Position numbers and translations under genes: made by a program. A model generated the notes under the pieces. It did no database searches and was not told the DNA's origin. It saw nothing but the letters and a program-made list of their open reading frames with translations. A stretch of DNA of 55,819 nt, from positions 1 to 55,819 of the forward strand of contig CAWLAJ010000001.1 of the NCBI GenBank assembly GCA_963854795.1, read 5' to 3'. Below, one piece after another: positions 16,075 to 23,941 of the stretch (position 1 is its first letter; every line of letters begins with the position of its first letter). The stretch comes from Deltaproteobacteria bacterium UBA4427 (GTDB taxonomy: Bacteria > Myxococcota_A > UBA9160 > UBA4427).

Positions 16075-17025
16075 TCAGCGAGTCGCTCCTGAAATGTGCT
16101 CCCCACCGTCGACGCGAATCACTTCACCATTGATCCAACTCGCTTCGTCCTGGGAGAGAAGAAAGATCACACCCGCAACGTCTTCGGGCGTGGTCAGGCG
16201 ACATCCGGGGTTGCGCAGCCGTGCCTGACTCTTCAGCTGATCACTACCCGGGATGGCTCGCAATGCGGGCGTATTGGTCACGCCCGCCTGAATCACATTG
16301 CAGCGGATGCCGTGTGGGCCGAACTCGACGGCGATCGAACGCGAGAGCGCCTCGAGTGAAACCTTGGCCGCCGAGACCGCCGCATAGCCGCGCCAGGCCA
16401 CTTCATTGCCCTCGCTGGTCAGCCCGAAGATGCGCGTGTCCGGAGCGAAGAGACCTCGTGCAAACAATTCCTGCGTCCAGCCGAGCAGACTCGTACCCAT
16501 GGCCAGAATCGTACGACTGAAGTCTTCCTCGTCGAGGTAGGAACTGTCGGGGTAGATCGGAGCGCTCGTGAGGGGGTGCAGACCATCTTCACCCTCTTCG
16601 AAGAGTTCATCCGCAAGTTCGGTCAGTTTGGCGGGATCGACACCGAGTCGAGTAGCGAGATTCGGGCCCGCAGTCCGCTCTTCTCTCTTCTCCGGAGCGA
16701 TTAGTTTGAGATTCCCGAAGGCGATCGAATGTAACAAGACGCGAATTCGACCCTCCGGTCCGATCGCCTCGGCAATAGAATCGATCGTGAGCGTGCGTTT
16801 GTCCGCACTGATCGCGTCGGCGTTCCAGATATGGAGTCCGGTTCCGATTTCGGCCAGCTCGTCGAAATGAGGTTGGATGTTCTTCATCGCCCCCCGCCGA
16901 TCACGATGGACGATCAAGATGTTCAGCCCACCACGGGCCAGACGTTTGGCGGTCGCCAAACCAAAACCGCTGGAGCCACCCAGAATCAGCGCCCACTCAT
17001 TGCTCGGAAAATCGCTCGTTGCCAA
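16075..17025 (-). CDS. SDR-family enoyl-ACP reductase-like protein (FabI/FabL-type Y-x6-K) with an internal insertion
   Basis: Rossmann motif ILGGSSGFGLA. YAAVSAAK gives the Tyr-x6-Lys spacing characteristic of enoyl reductases rather than the Y-x3-K of ketoreductases. A roughly 50-aa acidic insertion (EKREERTAG...EEGEDGL...) is present. It is the first gene of the operon. Confidence 0.55.
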   Translation of the reverse strand: MATSDFPSNEWALILGGSSGFGLATAKRLARGGLNILIVHRDRRGAMKNIQPHFDELAEIGTGLHIWNADAISADKRTLTIDSIAEAIGPEGRIRVLLHSIAFGNLKLIAPEKREERTAGPNLATRLGVDPAKLTELADELFEEGEDGLHPLTSAPIYPDSSYLDEEDFSRTILAMGTSLLGWTQELFARGLFAPDTRIFGLTSEGNEVAWRGYAAVSAAKVSLEALSRSIAVEFGPHGIRCNVIQAGVTNTPALRAIPGSDQLKSQARLRNPGCRLTTPEDVAGVIFLLSQDEASWINGEVIRVDGGEHISGATR

Positions 17026-17475
17026 AAGAGTCCCCTTCAGATCATTCTTGCGGATTGAGGAAAACCAGTTCCCGTGTCCAAGCCTGCAGTGTCGACAGAC
17101 CTCACGGGCCGGCCGTACTCATCCGTTCAAGATTCACTTTCGATGAAAATCCGTTCCCTGAAAAGGCGCGCCTCTAAAACCCAACGCCCAGATCTCGACG
17201 ACCGAACCCCGATGAACTTTCCCGGTCCGCCCCCAGCGGTCCGTGCGCTCGCTCGAAGAACCCGGACGCGATCTCGCAAAGCGCGGGATTCGGGTGAGAA
17301 AATAGCGGTGGAGACTATCCTCGATTGCAAATCTCTCGCAAAATCTCGAAGCGTATTCACCGCCGAGCCAAAGCATGACCGGCAGTCAGGCTAGGTCAAC
17401 GCAGCAAAATCAGCTATGTGGTTATTAAGACCCATATCTGTGTTTCAATGGCTCGCGTGGGCCTCGGGATCGGCG

Positions 17476-20439
17476 TCATCGACCCAGGCCGAGTTCACTC
17501 ACAATTCGCGGCAGATCTTCGCGCGGCGCAATCTGGATCTTCGTGCCCTCTGGCAGGGCGTCCGGCAGGCGTCTGAAATAGCCGCGATCTTGCCGGGCAT
17601 CGACGATCACAACGATCCCGCGATCGGTTTCGCTGCGAATCAGACGGCCCACCATCTGTTTGAGATTGAGCAGCATCCGCCCGAGCGAGGCGCGGACGAA
17701 GGGATCCCCGCCCGCCTCCCGCAGGCGCGTGTCGCGCCGACGTCGCAATTCCGTGGGTACCTCGAAGGGCAACTTCTCGATCACGACCGCCTGAAGGTCG
17801 TCCCCTCGAACATCGATCCCCTGCCAGAAGCGACGAGCTCCCAACAGAACGGCGCCGCCCGGCGCGTTCTGAAATCGCTCGACCAAAGCCCCGGGATCAT
17901 CACCGGCGTGACGCGGGAGGAGGATCTCGATGCCCTCGCCCGCGAGCAGCGAGCTCAATCGATCCGCGGTTTCCCGCATTCGCGCCAGACTCGTGAACAG
18001 GCCGAGCGTTCGCCCACCGAGACTGCGCGCAAGCGTGGCGAGTGTCTGGGCCGTCTCTTCGACCAACTCGGAATCACTCTCGATCGCAATGACTCGCATC
18101 GCATGCTCGTAGGGAAAGGGCGAACCGACCGCGTGACTCCAGCTGTCGGCGAGTTCGCTCTGCCCGAGTCCCACTTCTCCCAAGGCAGCGAAATCGTCGC
18201 CTCCTACGAAGAGCGTCGCCGATACGACGGCCAGACCCTCGACGCGACCGAGAAATTGATCGCGGAACGCCTCCCCCGGATCCACCGGTCGCAAGACGAG
18301 AGACCATCGATCATAGGGAGTCTCGAGCCGCTCGAAGGCTCCGACATAATCAGGGTTGTCGGAACCGAAAGCGATCCGTAGCGCACCCGCGGCGTCTCGA
18401 AGCGCCTCACCATGAACGTCGATCACCCGACCGGCCTCTTCCTCGGCATCGCGATCACGCTTGGGCTTGCCCTCAACGTCCTCTCCGTCCTGCGCAACGA
18501 CCATGCGACGGGCCGGCCCTTCGCGCTCGGCGAGAGCCGCGAGCCACTCGAGCCGTGTTGCCGCGGTCTCGGCAAGTTCGCCCGCCCTCGGAATGATCTC
18601 GCCTGCCCCATCCGGGAGCTCCGCCGAACCGAACGAGTCGGCGCGATCCGCCATCGTCCGTCCCAGGCCGGAGAGTTCGAGCATCAGGTCCCGCCGATTC
18701 TGCCCCAACGCCTTCTCTTCGCCTCGTCCAGCCGGTGCGGCGACCAACCCGCTCGTCGCATGGCGTCTCTGCGGCCCTCGAGCCGACATACCGAACAGCT
18801 CCTCGAGCCGTTCGGAGACGTCCTCCGGCCGCACACGCAGCGCATAGACCTCTTCCGCCACATTGCCGACTTCATGTCCCTCATCCATGACGACGTGTGA
18901 AAAACTCGGGTAGTCGGGGGGCCAGCGCAGCAGTAGATCGTGATTCGCGACGACGAGATGCGCCTTGCCCAGGGACTTTCGATGCTGCCCGAAGGGACAA
19001 TTGCGCTCGAAGGCGCACTGCTCGCGAGAACACTGATCGGGACGTGCGGCCACACTCGCCCGCAACAGCTCACGGAGCCTCGGACGCTGGCGCAGAAGAG
19101 CGGCCGGGATCGTTCCGACTTCTCCGTGGGGTCGGATCCGTGCGCAGGCCTCGAGCATTGCGTAATCCGCGCGTATCGAAGCCTGCAAGGCCGGGTCGCG
19201 CGCTTGCGCGAGCGAGGCCGCGAGACGTCGTTCACAGATGTAGTTCGCCCGCCCCTTGATCGACAACGCTCGCAGCCTCGGATAGCCGAGAAAGCGCGCG
19301 GCCGCCGAAATGTCCTTTCGAAGCAGTTGATCCTGCAAGAGCTTGGTTCTCGTGGACAGGACTATGGGTTCCCGGCTGCCCTTCGCCTCCTGCGCCATCG
19401 CGAAGGGGATGACTGCCGCGAGATAGGCGAGAGATTTCCCGACCCCGGTCCCACCTTCGAGGCGCGCGACGCCGCCGTCGGCCAATACACGTACGAACTC
19501 GCGAACCAGATCGAGTTGTTCCTCGCGAACGCGGTAGGCGGGAAAGTGTCGCTCGCCGCGTTCCTGATCCGACAGGGCCTCGACGATCGCATCGATCTCG
19601 AAGGGCACCGGTTCTTCATCGCTTTCCCCGATCTGCAGGAAGCGCGGGTCCGATTTCGCTTCTTCTCCCGACGTGGCTTCTCTAGAGGAGTCGCCGACCA
19701 CGAGGGCCCGTGCGCTGCGACGAGCGAAACCGACGAAATCAAAATCTTCGGCGTCGCTCGCGACGGCCACCTGTCCAAGCAGGACGCACCATGGCGAGTG
19801 GTTCAGATGTCGATCGAGGATCCGACCGGCTTGGCAATAGCGTGCGACGCCGGTGCGCGCGCCCTGCGCCAAGGCGGCCAGAACACATGCAACGTCGATC
19901 GCATCCTCGAGCGCGCGATGACGTTCCTCGCGTCCCAGCAAGAGCCGCGTAAACGTTTCGAGTCGAAGATCCGGGGCATCCGGATGCGTGAAGGCGAGAA
20001 TTTCCTGTGTGTCGAGGTAGTGGAGCGCGCCGAATCCCGAATCGATGTCGCGTTCGAGAAAGCTGCGCTCGAAATCGACCTGGTGGGCGACCAGAACACG
20101 TCCACCGAGTAGATCCCGAACGTCCTCGCGAACCATCGACAAGGTCGGCTTGGTCCGAACATCCGCATCGACGATCCCGGTCAGTCGACTGACGGCCGGT
20201 GGGATACCCAGCCGTGGCCGCAGCAGCGTGCTGGCGACGCCGACCGTCGATTCGTCGGGATCGAGCAGCAGAATGCCGATCTCGAGAATCTCTGCCGAAC
20301 GACTCGAGGGTAGACCGGTCGTTTTGAGATCGACTACGGCGACCGGACCGACGGCATCGAGCCAAGGGCGGAGCGCCGAAAAGGAAGGCGTTGCGAAACC
20401 GAGCGAAGAGGGATCACGGCGCTCGACCCGAAGCACCAA
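17476..20439 (-). CDS. dinG: DinG-family ATP-dependent DNA helicase with N-terminal DnaQ-like exonuclease domain
   Basis: The exonuclease-like N-terminus shows VAVVDLKTTG, VAHQVDFERSFL and HRALEDAID. Walker A is GGTGVGKSLAYL and the DEAH-box variant is VMDEGHEV. Four Cys of an XPD/DinG Fe-S cluster are present (YICERR, QCSREQCAFERNCPF). Confidence 0.85.
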   Translation of the reverse strand: MVLRVERRDPSSLGFATPSFSALRPWLDAVGPVAVVDLKTTGLPSSRSAEILEIGILLLDPDESTVGVASTLLRPRLGIPPAVSRLTGIVDADVRTKPTLSMVREDVRDLLGGRVLVAHQVDFERSFLERDIDSGFGALHYLDTQEILAFTHPDAPDLRLETFTRLLLGREERHRALEDAIDVACVLAALAQGARTGVARYCQAGRILDRHLNHSPWCVLLGQVAVASDAEDFDFVGFARRSARALVVGDSSREATSGEEAKSDPRFLQIGESDEEPVPFEIDAIVEALSDQERGERHFPAYRVREEQLDLVREFVRVLADGGVARLEGGTGVGKSLAYLAAVIPFAMAQEAKGSREPIVLSTRTKLLQDQLLRKDISAAARFLGYPRLRALSIKGRANYICERRLAASLAQARDPALQASIRADYAMLEACARIRPHGEVGTIPAALLRQRPRLRELLRASVAARPDQCSREQCAFERNCPFGQHRKSLGKAHLVVANHDLLLRWPPDYPSFSHVVMDEGHEVGNVAEEVYALRVRPEDVSERLEELFGMSARGPQRRHATSGLVAAPAGRGEEKALGQNRRDLMLELSGLGRTMADRADSFGSAELPDGAGEIIPRAGELAETAATRLEWLAALAEREGPARRMVVAQDGEDVEGKPKRDRDAEEEAGRVIDVHGEALRDAAGALRIAFGSDNPDYVGAFERLETPYDRWSLVLRPVDPGEAFRDQFLGRVEGLAVVSATLFVGGDDFAALGEVGLGQSELADSWSHAVGSPFPYEHAMRVIAIESDSELVEETAQTLATLARSLGGRTLGLFTSLARMRETADRLSSLLAGEGIEILLPRHAGDDPGALVERFQNAPGGAVLLGARRFWQGIDVRGDDLQAVVIEKLPFEVPTELRRRRDTRLREAGGDPFVRASLGRMLLNLKQMVGRLIRSETDRGIVVIVDARQDRGYFRRLPDALPEGTKIQIAPREDLPRIVSELGLGR

Positions 20440-20520
20440 GACCGACCCCTCCCCTCACCATTTCGCGTGCCCTCTTGGACACTCGCTCAACCAGCATCTC
20501 GAGATCGCGAAGCTCGTGGC

Positions 20521-22167
20521 TTAGACGTAGATCCCGCCGCTGTACTCGCGATCTTGTCGGATTTCGACGTTGATCAGCGCCGGAAGTCCCGAAGCCTTTG
20601 CGCGTTCGAACGCCGGTCGTAGCTGATCGGGTTCGGTCACGTGTTCGCCGTGACCACCGAGCGCTTCGACGACCTTGTCGTAGCGGGTTCGATTGAGCAG
20701 CACGCCTTCGAGCCGATCCCAGCCGTACATTGCGCCCTGCGGACGCATCATCTGACCCCAGGCGGCGTCGTTCCCAACGATGCCGATGATCGGCAGGCCG
20801 AAGCGGACGGCCGTATCGAATTCCATGCCATTGAAGCCGAACGAACCATCGCCGTACACGATCACGACGGCGCGGTCCGGGTGGGCCAGCTGTGCAGCGA
20901 GTGCGAAGGGCATTCCCACACCAAGTGTGCCGAGCGGCCCCGGGTCCATCCACGCACCTTCCTTGCGGACAGGCAGGATCTTCGCCGCCGTCGCGACGAT
21001 GTCGCCGCCATCGCCAATCACGATCGGATCATTCAACGTCGTCAGCCAATCGCGTATTTCGCGACACATTCGCTGCGGATCGATCGGCGTCTCATCGCTG
21101 TTGAGATTGGCCTCCACCTTCTTCTCGGCGGCGACTTCGATCTCACGAAGCTCATCGCGCCATCCAGAAAAGTCGAGCTGAACGCTTTGGCTCTTCATCT
21201 CTTCGAGAAGGGCTTCGAAACTACACGCCAGATTGCCGACCAGGGGAACATCGGTCTGGCGGTTCTGACCGATCAGCGTCGGATCCATTTCGAGTTGAAT
21301 GATCTTCGCGTCGGCGGGAATCGTCTGCCCAAAACGCATCCGGAAATCGAGCAGAGTGCCCGCAAGGATGATGCAGTCGATTCGCGAAAGGGCGTCGCGA
21401 CGCGAGCGGTTCAAGAATTCCGGCGAATCCGGAGGAACGCTTCCGCGACCCATTCCATTCGTGAACGTCGGGATATGAGTCTCGGCGATGAAGCGATTCA
21501 TCTCGGGTGCAGCCTTCGACCATTTCACACTCGTCCCGGCCATCAACATCGGACGCTCTACCGTTCGCAAGACATCGATCGCATTCTTGATTTCGTTCTT
21601 GTCCGGCGACAAGCGGGGCGGCTCCGTTCGAATCTTCGGAATGAAGACATCTTCCTCCTCGACCGAGCCCATGAAGATGTCCATTGGGATCTCGAGGTAG
21701 GCGGGACCCGGAATGCCCGAGACGGCGTGACGAATCGCCAGCTCGATGTATTCGGGAATTCGCTTGGTCTGGTAGATGGCGTCGCAGAATTTCGTGATCG
21801 GGCGAACCACGCCGAGATGATCCATCTCCTGGAGCGAGCCGCGTCGCAGATTCTCGAAGGGCCCTTGTCCACCGAAGATCAGGATCGGGGAATTGGCTCG
21901 CCAGGCATTGGCGATACCGGTCACGCCGTCTGTCACGCCAGGGCCGGCGGTGATGGCCGCAACGCCGATCTTGCCGGGGTTGCAGCGCGCCCAGGAATCA
22001 GCCGCGTGCACGGCGGCCTGCTCGTGGCGAACATCCACGATTTTGATGCCCTCGTCTACGCAACCGTCGTAGAGCGGCATGATATGACCGCCAGAGAGCG
22101 TAAAGATGACTTCGACGCCCGCCTCTTTGAGGGCCTTCGCCGCAAGTTTTCCACCGTGAAGGGACAT
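20521..22167 (-). CDS. thiamine-pyrophosphate-dependent enzyme (acetolactate synthase / oxalyl-CoA decarboxylase / 2-hydroxyacyl-CoA lyase family)
   Basis: N-terminal Pyr domain (VRHEQAAVHAADSWAR, ITAGPGVTDGVTGIANA), GSLQEMDH, and the C-terminal TPP-binding motif GDGSFGFNGMEFDTAVR...NN. 548 aa. Confidence 0.8.
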   Translation of the reverse strand: MSLHGGKLAAKALKEAGVEVIFTLSGGHIMPLYDGCVDEGIKIVDVRHEQAAVHAADSWARCNPGKIGVAAITAGPGVTDGVTGIANAWRANSPILIFGGQGPFENLRRGSLQEMDHLGVVRPITKFCDAIYQTKRIPEYIELAIRHAVSGIPGPAYLEIPMDIFMGSVEEEDVFIPKIRTEPPRLSPDKNEIKNAIDVLRTVERPMLMAGTSVKWSKAAPEMNRFIAETHIPTFTNGMGRGSVPPDSPEFLNRSRRDALSRIDCIILAGTLLDFRMRFGQTIPADAKIIQLEMDPTLIGQNRQTDVPLVGNLACSFEALLEEMKSQSVQLDFSGWRDELREIEVAAEKKVEANLNSDETPIDPQRMCREIRDWLTTLNDPIVIGDGGDIVATAAKILPVRKEGAWMDPGPLGTLGVGMPFALAAQLAHPDRAVVIVYGDGSFGFNGMEFDTAVRFGLPIIGIVGNDAAWGQMMRPQGAMYGWDRLEGVLLNRTRYDKVVEALGGHGEHVTEPDQLRPAFERAKASGLPALINVEIRQDREYSGGIYV

Positions 22168-22390
22168 CGGGGATCTCCGTTCTGTGTTTTTCGTTCTGCG
22201 TTCAGGCGCATCGACCGTGCAGGGCTGAACTGGATTTCATGAACTCTTTCGAACTCGATCTTCGAGAACCGGTCGCCGGACTCGGGTTGGCCCGGAGCCA
22301 TACGTTATCACCGCGACCACGCCACAGACAAGCGTGATTGAGCGTCCGCGGCCGGTCACCGAACGTCCTCCCGGGCTCCAGAAAGACGAA

Positions 22391-22421
22391 ACCGGCGAGC
22401 ACCTCCAGGGTGCTCGCCGGT
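22391..22421 (-). terminator. rho-independent terminator candidate downstream of pal
   Basis: Perfect 12-bp stem ACCGGCGAGCAC / GTGCTCGCCGGT with a 7-nt loop, 47 nt after the pal stop. On the minus strand it is followed by TTCGTCTTTCT. Confidence 0.55.
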
Positions 22422-22467
22422 CATCGTGTTCGTCGGTGCGAATCCAGAATTACCGAACGACTCCGCC

Positions 22468-23019
22468 CTAGCGGACCTGGAATTGCGCGCGACGATTCAG
22501 CCGCCACGCCGTCTCGCCCGAGCCGCTCACGGCCGGTCGCGCCTCGCCATAACTGACGATCGACATCTGACCCATGGGCACGCCGAGGTTGTAGAGATAT
22601 TTGCGAACCGCACCGGCCCGCCGCTCCCCGAGGGCAACATTGTAATCATCGGATCCGCGCTCATCGCAATGACCCTGGATCACGACCGTCGCACCCGAAT
22701 CCTTGAGTGCCGTCGCCGCGCTGGTCAGGACCGATTCGAATTCGGATCGAATCTCGAACTGGTCGAGATCGAAATAGACCGGGGCAATCTCGAGCATCTG
22801 ATTCGAAACGTTGGTGTCGCCGACGCTGGGTTCCGGCACGCGACTCGAGCCATCGTCGAACTCGCTATCGACGGCGTCTCCCGTTTCTTCCGCCGGCTCT
22901 GGCGTCGACGCACACCCGGCCGCAAACGCGAGCAAGACCGCTAGAAAAAGCGGAATCCATCGCGCAATCCCTTGCGTGTCCTGTCGTTCATCTGTCGAAG
23001 TAGTTATTCGTCGCATCAT
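22468..23019 (-). CDS. pal: peptidoglycan-associated lipoprotein (OmpA-like C-terminal domain)
   Basis: Lipobox LLAFAAGCAS. The OmpA/Pal domain shows VYFDLDQFEIRSE, GHCDERGSDDYNVALGERRA and RLNRRAQF. Start taken at the ATG at 23019 (MMRRITT...). Confidence 0.85.
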   Translation of the reverse strand: MMRRITTSTDERQDTQGIARWIPLFLAVLLAFAAGCASTPEPAEETGDAVDSEFDDGSSRVPEPSVGDTNVSNQMLEIAPVYFDLDQFEIRSEFESVLTSAATALKDSGATVVIQGHCDERGSDDYNVALGERRAGAVRKYLYNLGVPMGQMSIVSYGEARPAVSGSGETAWRLNRRAQFQVR

Positions 23020-23312
23020 GACCTGATCGTTGCCTCCACGACAAGTGTCGCTGCACGCTTCTCGCGCCACGGACCCTCTCGTCGTTCATCTTGATCCTGC
23101 TTGATTTTGATCCCGCTCGTTTTATGGTGTTGTTTTTGGTGTTGTTTTCTGTTCTGTTATTTCGTTCGCCCGGTCACTCCATGGTGCGGACTGGAGAGAT
23201 AATGGAGGCTCGGAGGCTCTCCTGCAACCGGCCGAAACGACGCGAAGGGGCACGGCGATCCGATTCGAGTCGTCGGCCGCTCACTCACTTCAATTGTGAT
23301 CTGAAACACGAA

Positions 23313-23912
23313 TCATTCGAGTCGTGCAAGAACGTCAGTCATCGCCATGGGATCGAGCCAGATATGGTAGTTCTCGCGAACGTCGACGAATTGAATCGTG
23401 CCGGACCGATCCAACACCAGCGTCGTGGGGTGCGGCACCCCTATCTCAATGGCCTCCGGATTATCTTTCAAGATGCCAAGCTCGCTGATCAATCGACTCT
23501 TCGGGTCCGCCAGAAAGAGGATCCGCTGCGCCAAACCGAGTTCATCGATGAAGACGCGCGTGCGCTCGTTGATCTGTACCTCGGACATGATCCAGACGAT
23601 TCGCAGATCGGGTGTCGCGTCGAAGGCTTCTCGCAGCTCCACGAGCCGCGCCTTGGTATACGGTCACCAATCCACGCTGCGTTCGAACGTGATCAGGACA
23701 CGATGCCCGAGCAGATCGTCGCGAGTCACTGCGGCGCCATTCAAGTCGATCAGCTCGAGTTCGGGAAGTTGTTGGCCAACTAACAACTCGCTCGTGATAT
23801 CGGCGCGAACCTTGTTCTCGGATCCGCGATGGCTCAGAGAACTCGTCGGCAACGCGAAGTTGAGGCCGATGAGACCGACGAGCACGAGCGTTGCCAAGGC
23901 ACGCAATATCAT
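23313..23912 (-). CDS. thioredoxin-fold redoxin (AhpC/TSA PRX-like, WCPYC family) with in-frame TGA at the first redox position; candidate selenoprotein (or pseudogene)
   Basis: ATG at 23912 with AAGGAA 7 nt upstream, and a signal/TM segment MILRALATLVLVGLIGL. The sequence GHRVLITFERSVDW-[TGA 23664-23666]-PYTKARLVELREAF continues in the same frame into ORF 23313-23642 (...VPHPTTLVLDRSGTIQFV). Homologous families have W-C-P-Y-C at this point. Confidence 0.55.
23623..23654 (-). promoter_or_regulatory. candidate bacterial SECIS hairpin
   Basis: The mRNA reads UGA-CCGUAUACC-AAGGC-GCGGCUC-GUG-GAGCUGC-GAGAA-GCCUU. The lower stem is 5 bp (AAGGC/GCCUU), there is a 3'-side bulge, and the upper stem is 7 bp (one G-U pair) with an apical GUG loop. 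It starts 9 nt after the UGA. Confidence 0.45.
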
Positions 23913-23941
23913 TCGAAGTTCCTTTGGCCCGAAAGCATGAT

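Noticed and set aside
18940-20112. 390-aa plus-strand ORF
   Set aside because: It is antisense to dinG.
20641-22242. 533-aa plus-strand ORF
   Set aside because: It is antisense to the TPP-dependent enzyme and has no recognisable domain.
22168-22390. Possible TPP riboswitch in the 220-nt leader of the TPP-dependent enzyme
   Set aside because: The conserved THI-box elements (CUGAGA, ACCUGAUCUGGAUAAUGCCAGCG-like) are absent on the coding strand.
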